A DNA stretch of 64,000 bases, taken from assembly GCA_036785375.1 (NCBI GenBank), contig JAWMAR010000063.1, positions 5,766,001-5,830,000 of the forward strand, given 5' to 3'. The notes beneath the pieces were generated by a model. The model did not search any database. It had not been told where the DNA came from and was given only the letters and a program-made list of their open reading frames with translations. This DNA is from Leucoraja ocellata. Taxonomy: Eukaryota. A program made the translations under genes and the position numbers. Every line of letters starts with the position of its first letter. The stretch's first letter is position 1. Shown here in pieces: positions 10,925-23,519 of this stretch.

Positions 10925-11255
10925 CAGTCATAGAGTCTTACAGCACGGAAACAGGCCCTTCGGCCCAACTCGCTCACACCGGCTAACATGTCCCATCTGC
11001 ACTAGTCCTACCTTCCTGCGTTTGGCCCATATCCCCCTAAATCTGCCCTATCCATGTACCTGTCTAAATGTTTCTTAAACGTTGCGATAGCACCTGCCTC
11101 AACTACCTCTATTGGCACCTTACCACCCTTTGTGTGAAAACGGCAGATCCTTAGTATCAGATCCTTATTAAATCTTTCCCCCCTTAAACCTATGAGCTCT
11201 GGTTCTCGATTCCCCTACTCTGGGCAAGAGACTGTGTCTACCCAATCTATTTCAA
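10925..11255 (-). mobile_element. CR1-type LINE 3' end (subfamily whose tail matches the SINE tail)
   Basis: Minus strand ends gggccgaagggcctgtttccgtgctgtaagactctatgact. Confidence 0.7.
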
Positions 11256-11810
11256 TCACTAGTTCAAAGGAAATTCATTCTGAATGTTGAGTTTCTAGAA
11301 TGGCAAGCAAGTTGGTCAACAAGTACTTGAGCATTTTTTTAAAAGCTTATCAACATTATGATATTTATGTATACTTATAGGCTCCGATTTTGCTGCCAGT
11401 TCCTTGTCCAATATCCACATTTATTCATACCTCCCAATGGCCACCATGAAGTGCAACAGTGTGGCAGGAGCTTGCTAACGCTCCCCCGCACTAAAGTGGG
11501 GGATCTGTTCTGAGATCCTGTGCTAGGTTACACCGACCTGCTACAGAGACTGCAAGCCCCCTCATTTGAAAGTCAGTTGTAGGGCTGCAGAGAAGAAAAA
11601 TTAAAGCATTTAGGCAAGCTATGCTTTAGTTTTAAATATTTGCTTTTAATTTTATTGTTCCATTTTAGAAATATTATTGATATTATTGATAAATATTGAT
11701 TTATTTACAACTGTTTTAAATGGTGCTGAATACTCATAAACATTGATGCATTTTGATGTCAAAGCCAGGGCCAAGGTTCTGCCATCTGTCTAAGTCTTCC
11801 AGAGTAACTA

Positions 11811-13454
11811 CAGTGCCCTCCATAATGTTTTAGACATTATTTATTTGCCTCTGTACTCCACAATTTGAGATTTGTAATAGAAAGAAATCACACGTGGTTA
11901 AAGTGCACATTGTCAGATTTTATTAAAGGGTATTTTTATACATTTTGGTTTCGCCATGTAGAAATTACAGCTGTGATTATACATAGGTCGTCCCCCATTC
12001 CAGGGCACCACAATGTTTGGGACACATGGCTTCATGGGTGTTTGTAATTGCTCAGGTGTGTTTAGTTGCCTCCTTAATGCAGGTATAAGAGAGCTCTCAA
12101 CACCTAGTCTTTCCTCCAACCTTTCCATCACCTTTGGAAACTTTTATTGCTGTTTATCAACATGAGGACCAAAGTTGTGCCAATGAAAGTCAAAGAGGCC
12201 ATTATGAGACTGAGAGACCAGAATAAAACTGTTCGAGACATCAACCAACCAGGCTTACCAAAATCAACTGTTTGGAACATCATAGAGAAGAAAGAGAGCA
12301 CTGGTGAAGCTTACTAATGGCAAAGGGACTGGCAGGCCATGGCTGATGAAAGAAGAATTCTCTCTATAATAAAGAAAATTCCTCAAACACCTGTCCGACA
12401 GATCAGAAACACTCTTCAGGAGTCGGATGTGGACTTGGCAATGATCACCGGCTGCAGAAGACTTCATGAACAGAAATACAGAGGCTACACTGCAAGATGC
12501 AAACCACTGGTTGGCTGCAAAAATGGGATGGCCAGGTTACAGTTTGCCAAGAAGTACTTAAAAGAGCAACCACAGTTCTGGAAAAAGGTCTTGTGGAGAG
12601 ATGAGATGAAGATTAACATATCAGAGTGATGGCATGAGCAAAGTATGGAGGAGAGAAGGAACTGCCCAAGATCCAAAGTATACCACTTTATCTGTGAAAC
12701 ACAGTGTTAGGGGTGTTATGGCTCTGGACATGTATGGCTGCTGACGGTATTGGCTCACTTATCTTCATTGATGATCCAACTGCTGATGGTAGTAGCATAA
12801 TGAATTCTGAAGTGTATCGACACATCCTATCTGCTCAAGTTCTCAAAACTTCCTCAAACTCATTGGCTGGCGATTCATTCTACAGCAAGACAATGATCCC
12901 AAACATACTGCTAAAGCAACAAAGGAGTTTGTCAAAGCTAAAAAATGGTCAATTCTTGAGTGGCCAAGTCAATCACCCAGTCTGAACCCTATTGAGCATG
13001 CCTTTTATATGCTGAAGAAAAAACTGAAGGGGACTAGCCCCCAAAACAAGCATAAGCTAAGCTTTAGCTTAAGCTAAAGATGGCTGCAATACAGGCCTGG
13101 CAGTGCATCACCAGAGAAGACACCCATCAACTGGTGATGTCCATGAATCGCAGACTTCAAGTAGTCATTGCATGCAAAGGATATGCCACAAAATACTAAA
13201 CATAACTACTTTCATTTACATGACATTGCTGTATCCCAAACATTATGGAGCCCTGAAATGTGGGGGGAGACTATGTATAAACACTGCTGTAATTTCTACA
13301 TGGTGAAACAAAAATGAAAAAATGGCCTTTATTAAAATCTGACAATGTGCACTTTATCCACATGTGATTTTTTTTCTGTTACAAATCTCAAATTGTAGAG
13401 TACAGAGGCAAATAAGTAAATGATGGGTCTTTGGCCCGAACATTATAGGCACTA
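11811..13454 (+). mobile_element. Tc1/mariner DNA transposon, full length, decayed transposase
   Basis: TA|CAGTGCCCTCCATAATGTTT ... GAACATTATAGGCACTA|TA; ~210-bp TIRs. Transposase from ATG 12162 to TAA ~13198 has [15 protein letters not shown] and SPSLNPIEH motifs broken by frameshifts and stops. Confidence 0.92.
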
Positions 13455-13808
13455 TAAATGGGCAAGGCCTGTTCTGGCTAACCCACGTTACCCATTACAT
13501 CATTCAAAGCCTTTCCATTAATCAAATCTTCGCCACTTGTCTCTGGATTTGTTGCAGCCAGCAATTTTGACGTTGCTGATTTATAGCAGGTAAACGTATA
13601 GAAGTGGCAGGCACAGGTGCCAAAAAATCTAGACCATCATACTTCATGACTATTCGAAGCGCTTGATACAGAACAAATTATTCACACTTGCTTTTGAATG
13701 AGACCATTCAACCCTTTTCCACGTGCCACATGCAACAACATCTTGTGTTGAAACAAACTAACGAATCAGAAAAAAACAGCTACAATTCTGGCCTTTTGAA
13801 GGATGTAT

Positions 13809-13889
13809 AGGAAGGAACTGCAGATGCTGGTTTACACCAAAGATAAACACACAATGCTGGAGTTACTCCAGCATTTTGTGTCTATCTTG
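13809..13889. repeat. collapsed palindromic Penelope-derived repeat (hairpin)
   Basis: aagataaacacacaatgctggagt|tactccagcattttgtgtctatctt. Confidence 0.65.
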
Positions 13890-14610
13890 AAGGATGTTTA
13901 GCTTTGGTAGTACAGCAGTAAAGGGATTATAATTTGCCTCACTGCACATAGTCTGCCCCCCCAGCCCCCAATCCTGAGAGCTTCCAGATATCTCTATTGA
14001 AAGTGCAAGTGGACAAATGCACTTAACAGGTGATGGAGGATCGCAGTTCCCTCTGGTGTCCCTATACAGTTGAATAGCCAAACATAACCCACTGTGAGCT
14101 AACAGGAATAAAAGGCAATTGGATGAGCATGTGAGTGCAACTAATAACTTACACTTGTAGCAATGAGAAAAAGATTTTACAAATTACAAAATATATAATT
14201 ACTTTCAAGAGATGAAAAAGTAAAATTTGTAACTTCATCAATAAAGACCGTGCTTTAGAATAAATACAAAACAATAATGAAGTCCTAATTTGTAAGAGCA
14301 ATGCATGAACATTTGCCGACTGACAATCATCCACTCAGTGCTAATCCCCTCTGGTGAAGCAGCTGGTAAGTCATGTCCAACATGACAGATGAATGTCCAC
14401 TTTTATTTACTGTGTCCCTTTGCATCTGTCTCTCGATCTCTTCCCTATCCCCAAATTCTTACCTGCTCCACCCCCATCTCCTGTCCTTTCTCCTATCTAT
14501 TCTTCTCTTTGTCTTCTTACAATCATTTCATTCTTGATAGTTTCTCTGTAACGCTTCTGTTTGAGAAAGGGGAATCCTAAATGAGAGTTGTTAATACTTC
14601 ATTTTCCCAG

Positions 14611-14781
14611 GTGGCAGAACGTATCTCTCAGTTACAAGAGGCACTGTTGCATCGTGGAAAATTCCAGGATGCTTTGGAACCTTTACTGAGTTGGCTGACG
14701 GATACTGAAGATCTAATTGCCAACCAGAAACCACCTTCAGCGGAATATAAAGTGGTGAAGGCGCAAATACAGGAGCAGAAG
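14611..14781 (+). CDS. MACF1: MACF1 exon ([13 protein letters not shown]...KAQIQEQK), 171 nt
   Basis: ttcccag|GTG ... AAG|gtatct. Confidence 0.95.
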
Positions 14782-14820
14782 GTATCTTTTTGTTATCTGA
14801 ATGGTGTCCGATGTGCAATG

Positions 14821-15100
14821 TCATAGATTAGAGGGCATAGTTTTAATATCCGAGGGGCAAAGTATAAAGGAGATCCGCAAGAATTTTTTTTTTTATCATC
14901 GACTGTTCGGGGTTTGTGGAAAACGCTACCAGAGGTGGCGGTAAATGCAAATACGATAGTGGCGGTTAAGAGGCTTTTAGATAGGCACATGGATGGAGGA
15001 ATATGGGTCACATGCAAGTAGAGGAGATTGGTTTAATGGCATCATGTTCGGCATTGAGATTGTGGTGTTTTGCGATGTTCCATTCCGGTGCTATACTATT
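14821..15100 (+). mobile_element. CR1-type LINE 3' fragment
   Basis: agagggcatagttttaa...gtggaaaacgctaccagag...cttttagataggcacatgg. Confidence 0.6.
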
Positions 15101-17029
15101 TTCAGTTGGCTGTTTATAATTTAATAGCTATACACTAAAAGGATAAAACTTAAAATATGAGGCCAACTTATAAAGTACCTTGTTGAATTTTTAATTTCAG
15201 GATTCGGACCAACAAAGAGACATTTGTTCCATTTGCAAAGATGAACAAATGTCTATCCACTAGGTCTTTGCCAAATCAGAATAGCTAAAATCACTGTTTC
15301 TCTCGAAATCTTTGGGAAATGATATTCGTTTCAATGCCAGATTTCCATCCTAGAGTGCTGTCCTGATGAAAGTATTTGGAAAATCAATTTGTTTTTCTGC
15401 AGATACACATAATGACAACATACATTCCACTAACATATCTCTCGTGTTGCTTATATCTAAGTTGAACATAAGGAAACAGATGTTCAATTTTCCTCAGCTC
15501 GAAAGGAGCAGGCCAGCAAATGTTTTTGTCAAGGCCATGTCACAGCACAATTCACTGCACATTGCTTTCAGGAAATAAACTAAATGTGCTTCGAGGTCAA
15601 GAGGTGGGCAGAGTGTTACAGAGGAATAAATCAGTTTGAGGAGCCGGTCACCAAACATCAAGACCTCAGGGTTAATTTACATTGACGAATATGGGTAGGC
15701 AGCGTAGCTGGACCCGCAAATCTATTCTGAGAAAATCCATTGGAAAGGAATTTTGAGATGAGGGTTGCTATCTGATAATTGTTAAGCAGAATTGGAAATT
15801 GCCAATTGCCAAGGCGAGATAGAGGGATTGGGAGAGGGAATTAGATCATTTTTATATGAATCATTTCTAAAGCAGTTGTAGAATTCTACAGTGTTGTATA
15901 TTTGTTTTAAGCTCGACATTCAATGTTCCCATCCCTTTATAGTGTGGTTAATTTGTGGATGAGAGGTTTCAGTAACCAAATAAACTAACTGAAGACTTCA
16001 AGTGTGATAGACCTTTTGCAGATCCCCAATAAATATTTCCCGTTCTGCTGAATTAAAGGAATAACCTCTCAGTGTTGTGCTTGTTAAACAACGATTGCCG
16101 TTGTGTTTATTGATATCTTTGGAATTAAGGCTAGCAGTATTAAAGGGATTGTGACATGGAGTGTTCTAATGGCAGTGGAACGGCGCCAGCTTTGTGAGTT
16201 AAATCTGCCCGCTCGTGGTTAGAAAAGCATTATCCCTGGAAGATTGAAAAAGTTGGGAGCCTGGTGTCACTTCTGAATCTGTGTGCATCAAGCGTCCTTG
16301 AATGTTACTGTTGCATTGTGCTCGGATGAGAAACTAATCAGTCGATGGGATCTTCACCATGGAGCATTTTTGGCTGGCGGTTTTGGCACAGTTTGCAGCT
16401 TGTTTTCTGTCAGCAAAACTATATTTACCCTTTATAGTTGTGGTCTTCCCAAAGCATGCTTTGGCAGGTACAGTAAATCTGGAGGAGGAGGGAAGTAAAT
16501 TTACACATGCTTGACATAATTATCATGGAATTGAAAAGCTTTCACAGAACAAATGCTTACTTTTCCATTTAAATTCTATCTATCCTCAAGCACAGTATAG
16601 TTGAACATCAGGTGGGGGGGGGGGAGGGCGAAACATCTGTACATTTTAAGACATTTATGGAAAGTGCAGTAAAGGACCAATAATCTGACATTCATTTGTT
16701 TGGATATCCTGATGGTTCAGCATCTGGTTCACTCATTAGTCCAGCATGTGAGCAGAGGGTGCATAGTGTAAGTGAGATGTGGGGGTCTGGCAAGTGGCCA
16801 GGCCTGGTGTCCTGACTATGGGTCAAGTGTGCATCCAGGAGTGTAGCCAGAACAATAGCGGTCTGGAACATCGGTAGTCCTGCGGCTATTAACGCGATTG
16901 TGGGATGTTTATATACTTGCTGCTCTCTTCAAACTCACAGGCTCATTGGGAAATTTATTATCCTACTGTGTAGCATGAAAAATATAGTGAAATAAAAATA
17001 TGTTCTGGTATTAACAGGCTTAGCAGAAG

Positions 17030-17355
17030 ACCATAAGACGAGGGAGCAGAATCTGGCTATTCGGCCCCTCGAGTCTGTTCTGCCATTCGACCATGGCTGA
17101 TCTATTTTTTACCCCTCAAACCATTCTCCTGCCGCCTTCTCATAATCTTTGATACCCTTACCAATCAAGAAACTATCAATCTCTACTTTAAAAATAGACA
17201 TGACTTGACCCCCACCCGCTTTTGTGGCAATGAATTCCACAGATTCGCCATCCACTGGCTAAAGAAATTCCTCCTCGTCTCCATTTCAAAGCTGCGTTTC
17301 TTAATTCAGAAGCTGCACCCTCTGGTCGTAGACTTTCCCACTATTGGAAACATCC
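17030..17355 (-). mobile_element. CR1-type LINE 3' fragment
   Basis: cataagac...ggctattcggcccctcgagtctgt...gaattccacagattc. Confidence 0.65.
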
Positions 17356-17560
17356 AAAACTCCAGAATTCCACCTGTTCAACAGTACCAAATCCCAAAAG
17401 TGTCAAATTATCAGAGTTTTACTGTGTGATTAGTCTCTACCTCTTGATGGACTGATGGATCAGTTATTATTATTCAATGGGCAATGCAAAGACAAATTTA
17501 AATCTAAAGTGCATTGAAACTATTGCCATTGGTACTCATTATTTATTTTGTTCCTCTCAG

Positions 17561-17727
17561 CTCCTGCAAAGACTACTGGATGATCGCAGGTCCACAGTTG
17601 AGATCATTAAGGTGGAGGGAGAGAGGATTGCGGAGTCTGCAGAAACAGCAGAAAAGGATAAGATCCAGAAACAACTGCACAATCTGCGGGGCAGATGGGA
17701 CAGTTTACTGAGCAAGGCTGCTGCAAG
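17561..17727 (+). CDS. MACF1: MACF1 exon ([10 protein letters not shown]...LLSKAAAR), 167 nt, phase 0-2
   Basis: ctctcag|CTC ... GCAAG|gtacat. Confidence 0.95.
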
Positions 17728-17749
17728 GTACATGGCCTTTTTATTTTCA

Positions 17750-18392
17750 TAGAGTCAAGAGTGTTTTATTGTCATATGTCCCAGATAGAAGAATGAAATT
17801 CTTACTTGCTGCAGCACAACAGAATATGTAAACATAGTACACTGTAAACAATATAAATGAGAGAGAAAAAAGTTCAGTGTGTATATATACACATCTCACA
17901 AGTACGCACGCACACACACACACACGTGTATATATGTATATATATATATATACTCAAAAAACAAACAATAGTGGTGTAATAATTCAGATTCAGATTCAAT
18001 TTTAATTGTCATTGTCAGTGTACAGTACAGAGACAACGAAATGCATAATAATAATAATAGTCTATTGTAGCTCAGTTTATTTGAGGTTGTGGTGTTCAAT
18101 TGCCTGAAGGCTGTAGGGAAGAAGCTGTTCCCGAACCTGGATGTAACCGTTTTCAGGCTCCTGTACCTTCTTCCCGATGGCAGTGGCGAAATGAGTATGT
18201 GACCAGGAAGGTGATGATGCTGGATGCCTTTTTGAGGCAGCGACTTCAATGAATCCCTTCGATGGTGGGGAGGTCAGAGCCGGTGATAGACTGAGCAGTG
18301 TCCACATCTTTATGCAGTCTTTTCTGCTCCTGGACATTCAAGTTGCCGAACCAGTCAATATGCTCTCTACTGTACACCTGTAGAGGTTCAAG
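17750..18392 (-). mobile_element. Rex1/Babar-type LINE 3' fragment
   Basis: Minus-strand peptide HLPGHILISPLPSGRRYRSLKTVTSRFGNSFFPTAFRQLN (LPSGRRYRS...NSFFP.A.R.LN C-terminal motif); includes (CA)n/(TA)n at ~17905-17953. Confidence 0.75.
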
Positions 18393-18518
18393 AGGTAGAG
18401 ACTAATCAAAGTGGTCATCAAATGCCAAAACCTCCATCAATTTTTCAGAACTGCAATTTCCAAACAGTCATTCTTACTCAGGGCAGAATTTTGAAGTCAA
18501 TTTTTTCTATTGTTTATT

Positions 18519-19107
18519 TAGAAACATAGAAATTAGGTGCAGGAGTAGGCCATTCGGCCCTTCGAGCCTGCACCGCCATTCAATATCATCATGGCTGATC
18601 ATCCAACTCAGTATCCCGTACCTGCCTTCTCTCCATACCCCCTGATCCCCTTAGCCACAAGGGACACATCTAACTCCCTCTTAAATATAGCCAATGAACT
18701 GGCCTAGACTACCCTCTGTGGCAGAGAGTTCCAGAGATTCACCACTCTCTGTGTGAAAAAAGTTCTTCTCATCTCGGTTTTAAAGGATTTCCCCCTTATC
18801 CTTAAGCTGTGACCCCTTGTCCTGGCCTACCCCAACATCGGGAACATTCTTCCTGCATCTAGCCTGTCCAACCCCTTAAGAATTTTGTAAGTTTCTATAA
18901 GATCCCCTCTCAATCTCCTAAATTCTAGAGAGTATAAACCAAGTCTATCCAGTCTTTCTTCATAAGACAGTACTGACATCCCAGGAATCAGTCTGGTGAA
19001 CCTTCTCTGCACTCCCTCTATGGCAATAATGTCCTTCCTCAGATTTGGAGACCAAAACTGTACGCAATACTCCAGGTGTGGTCTCACCAAGACCCTGTAC
19101 AACTGCA
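18519..19107 (-). mobile_element. young CR1-type LINE, 5'-truncated
   Basis: [15 protein letters not shown]...[12 protein letters not shown]...[21 protein letters not shown]; 3' tail (tttctatg)n. Confidence 0.9.
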
Positions 19108-19561
19108 TTATTTGAATGGGACAGATCTCCACCCATACTTGTCATTGACCTATGTGGTAAGTGCAAGCTTGTCCAATACAGTTTCACGGTTATCAGTTGG
19201 ATTGCCAAAATCAGGCCAAGCCTCAATGGCAATTACGTGCATAGCACTGGGACCTTGCGTGATAAATGTCAGCACCTCTCAGAGTCAATTGAACATCAAA
19301 CAATTTGAAGAATGTAAAATATTTTGCATTAAAATAATCACAAACTGAATCTCGCCAAAAGATGCTGCTCTATTATGAAGAAGCCATGCTTCGGCTTTTT
19401 AATTTTATTTGAATCAATATCTTTATCACTCAGGTACACACAAAATGCTGGAGGAAATCAGCAGGACAGACAGCATCTTTATCACTCAATCTCCTCCCTA
19501 TTCAAATGCATGAGTCACCGTTCTTGCATTTAATGTAACCCAACTCAGTTTTAAAAGCCTA

Positions 19562-20173
19562 AAGCCCCGTCCCACTTAGGCGATTTTTTTTCGGCGACTA
19601 AGTTGTCGCCACATGGTCGTGGGGTGACGCCTGTACGGTCGTGAGTCGTCTCCTCAAGTCGCCTAAAGAGCCGTAACGTTTTTCTGGTCGCCGCTGGATT
19701 TTGAAATGTTCAACATTTTTCGACGACTGTGGGCTTGATGTAGCTTGTCTTCTCCTGTCGTGGGTTGTCGCCAGGGTAAAGCAGGTTGTCACCAGGTGAC
19801 GTTGGTTGTCACCAGCTGCTGATTTCGGTGAATTTCATTGGCGACTACCTACGTCAACCAGCGACAGGTACCGGCGACTGAATTGTCTTCAGTTGTCGCC
19901 GACAGGGTCGTTGCTTGTCGTAGCTTGTCGCGGGTGGACGTAGGTCGACTTCGGTTATCGTAGATTGTCGTCTGTGTGGTCGTAGGTGTGGTCTAGGTGG
20001 ATGTTCTAATGGGTCACCAGTTGTCAGTAGCTTGATGTCGACTAGGTGGTAGGTTGTCGTAGCTTGTTGTAGACATTGTCGTGGGGGGGGGGGGGGTCCA
20101 GTCGCCGCTTTTTCGGCAACCTGCTATGACTGTGATAGTTGCCAAAAAAATCACCAAAGTGGGACAGCCCCTT
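19562..20173. mobile_element. MITE, PIF/Harbinger-like, with internal GTCG repeats
   Basis: ta|aagccccgtcccact...agtgggacagcccctt|ta. Confidence 0.75.
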
Positions 20174-20903
20174 TACTTGTTTGAGATTGATCACTTTCTA
20201 TCATTTTTTACTTGGTGGCATTTTATATGGAGAAATGGCCAAAGTTAAACTTTGAAATGTCAGCATTGATTGCCAAAATCCAGTCCAATAACTTAGTTGC
20301 TCGAAGATCAGTGCAATGGTGCCAGGATTGCAGATGATTCATATCTGTATCAGGGGGAAAAAATAAACAACATTTACAGAAATTGCAATGATTCTAAAGT
20401 TATACATTAGAAGGGCTGACAGTGTTGAAAAACCTGGCCTGAATCTACATTGATAATTATATTAATTTCAGAGAATATATTAATGGAAAAGGATGCTCTT
20501 GCTGCATCTGGGTTCAGGAGAATCTCAATATATGCTTACTTTTAAAATACCTTACTCTGAGCACAATGAGCTAATGATTGCAGCTGGTGGAGTAAAAATG
20601 TTGTACTAGCAGTTAAAGTGGTAAATTCTTGACTGCATTTATGCTGTAATAATTTCATGAATCACGTGTATGTGCAGCTGCAGGGAGAATCACTATCGAC
20701 AACATTTACAACGGCTTAATGCAACCCCAAGATAATAGTTACTCCATTTTAGCTTTATAGATCCATTCACGTTATTTCAATCTGTACTCAAATGTTTAGG
20801 ATTTGCTAGGAATGCAGATGTTTTTACTGAGGATAACACACTGGGAGAAAAATGTATTCATTTTGATCAGCAAATTTTATTTCAAATACCATAAATATGG
20901 ATA

Positions 20904-21178
20904 AAGCGGCTGTCCCACTGCGGCGACCTAATCTGCGAGTTTAGAAGAGTTTTCCCTCGACTCAAACTCGCAGCATGGTCGACACCTGGTCCTATGAGGT
21001 CACTGGAACTCTCCTTCATGCTCGACGGAAGTTCCCGCAAACTCGCGGCCTGTTTGGTCAAGGAAAACTTTTCAGCATGTTGAAAAATTTTCCACAAGTA
21101 AAAATTGGTCAGCATGGTTCTTTCGAACTCGTAATGGTGAAGTGGGGTCGCTATGTAGTTCTAGGCAGTCGAGGGCAG
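20904..21178. mobile_element. truncated MITE of the same family
   Basis: aagcggctgtcccactgcggcgacctaat...; resembles the left end of the 43643 copy; right TIR not seen. Confidence 0.6.
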
Positions 21179-21327
21179 TATTGATCTATCTAAACTAGGA
21201 TATGTTATGTGGCATATTTCATTTATATTAATTGGTGATTTTGCGTTAATTAATATTTGTACTCCAAAACGTACTTCAAAAAGCCAATGTGGTTCATCAC
21301 AATGCCTTGCTTTATTTATTGATACAG

Positions 21328-21487
21328 GCAGCAGCAACTGGAGGATATTTTGGTCATTGCAAAGCAGTTCCATGAGACGGCAGAGCCGCTCAACGACTGG
21401 TTGACCAGTAAAGAGAAAAAACTGGCCAACTCCGAACCTGTAGGAACTCAAACTGCGAAAATCCAACAGCAAATTACACGTCATAAG
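21328..21487 (+). CDS. MACF1: MACF1 exon (QQQLEDILVIAKQFHE...QITRHK), 160 nt, phase 2-0
   Basis: atacag|G CAG ... AAG|gtaaga. Confidence 0.95.
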
Positions 21488-21894
21488 GTAAGAGACAGCA
21501 TCCTATATCAATTCAAATGTGATCTTCTTGGAATACATGGCATGTTTTAAAACATGAGATTATTTACACATAATCCCCTTACAATCTCCTTGGTGTTGAC
21601 GTCTGAAATGCATATGATTTTCATCTCCGTACTATTATCGGAAATTAAAATTTGATTTTCTTGTATTTTACTGCAAGGCCTTTAGTTTCGTATTCAATTA
21701 AGAATTTTTTATAAATTGAATTTTTTTTAATTCACAATTACTCCACCGGTCTATGAAGAGGAATGGATTTGAATAATGTGTTTTCTTTGAACTTCTAGTT
21801 TCATCACTAATTCTGTGAGGGGTCAAGGTTTCTTAGGGAGACCGGCCCACATAGATCGTTTCATGTTCCGTGTAGATAGCCTTTATTATTGTGT

Positions 21895-22225
21895 TAGCGG
21901 TGACACAGTCCTTTGGGCCAAACATTGATGCCAACCAAGAATCCCCATCTAAACGAAGGGCCCCGCGATTGGCCCATACACCTCCAAACCCTGCCTATCC
22001 ATGTATCTGTCTAAGTGTCTTTTTTAAATGCTTTTTTAAATACCTGCCCTAACTAACTTCTCTGGCAGCTCATTCCAAATACCAATTCCAAATACCCACT
22101 GTGAAAAAATTGCCCGCAGGTTCCTTTTCGCTCTCACCTTAAGCCCATGTCTTCTTGTTCTCGATTCCCCTACTCTGGATAAAATGCTTTCACCCTATCC
22201 ATTTCCGTCATGATTTTATGCATCT
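21895..22225 (-). mobile_element. CR1-type LINE 3' fragment
   Basis: Similar to 10925-11255 (ttggcccata...cctatccatgta...gttctcgattcccctactctgg). Confidence 0.6.
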
Positions 22226-23192
22226 AACTCATTGGGAAATCAGGTGGAGAATATCATTAGATTCATAATTATTCCAGCACTGTTGTGTTAATTGATGGCA
22301 TTCAAAGCGAACAGCTGAGATGTACTTGATTTTGGAAATTAGTAAAAACTGAAAAATGATTAGTAATTAATGGGTTCACACCACATGTTACTTATTAGCA
22401 AGAAACATCCTTGGGAATGTAGAGAAATTTGCAGCCCCAAGTTATCCCTGTGGCACAAGGAATAAGCAGTTGTGTGAGATATTGTACCTCAAAGTACGAA
22501 TGTACTGTATGGTTTGCAAGTCTGAATAGAGCATTTGTGGTTTGTTGTTTCATGTATACAACATGTGTTAAAATAATGCCCAAATTAATGGTTTGAAAAT
22601 CTCCGGTTATAAATAATCTGGGTTCAAAAGTAATTTTTTTCCTGTGTTTTTTAAAAAAATTGTACACTATTAATAAAAGCAAGATGAGGGTCAGGATGTT
22701 TCCTGCGTTACTAAATTGTGAATAATTAGCTTTGCAGATGTTTGCTTTTTTTGCACCAAGTGAGCTCATTTATTATTCTGTTTGCATTTAGCTTTATAAG
22801 TGTTTTAGAAATTTCTTTGAAGTCGTATCAAGGTTTTTTTTGTCTGGCATGTCTGTCATAATTTTTGCCGCAGGACATTTTAAGTTAAGTTGATGATGAT
22901 CCCTTGTCAAATTTACCCGTTTCTAGACTTTTTCCCTCTGCTAACTCCATTAATAATGGTATCAGTTCCGATTTAGACATCTCCCCCATGCATTCTTGAT
23001 GTTTATTCCCTCCTCCTTTTCGCAACACCTTAGAAGAATTTGTAATGTCGAAGATTCAAATGAAGTGCATGTGATTATCCAATTTATTTTGATGCATGTC
23101 TTTCATAGACGAGTTCCATTTTCTGTTTTTGTTGCTAATTTTCAGTTCATTATTCAGTTTCTTCACGCTATGATTTTATCCTTGATGTTCAG

Positions 23193-23519
23193 GCGTTAGA
23201 GGATGACATCACAAACCAAACGGAGAGCATACGCCAGGCAGTCGATATCGGCCAGTTTCTCATGACGTTGAGTGCAAAACCAGACCAGGACATGGTCGAG
23301 GACAAATTGGAGTCTATCCAGACTCGGTACAGGGAGATTAGGGACAAGTGCAGCCGAAAGGCTGTCCTGCTCCAGCAAGCCCTTGCCAACGCCAAGATCT
23401 TTGGAGAGGAGGAGGTGGAGGTGTTGAATTGGCTGGCTGATGTTCAGGACAAACTAAGTCTGGTGACCATCAATGATTACAAATCTGACATCCTGCATAA
23501 ACAACACAAAGAGCAGCTG
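23193..23519 (+). CDS. MACF1: MACF1 exon (ALEDDITNQ...KQHKEQL), 327 nt = 109 aa, phase 0-0; candidate cassette
   Basis: gttcag|GCG ... CTG|gtattt. Confidence 0.93.
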
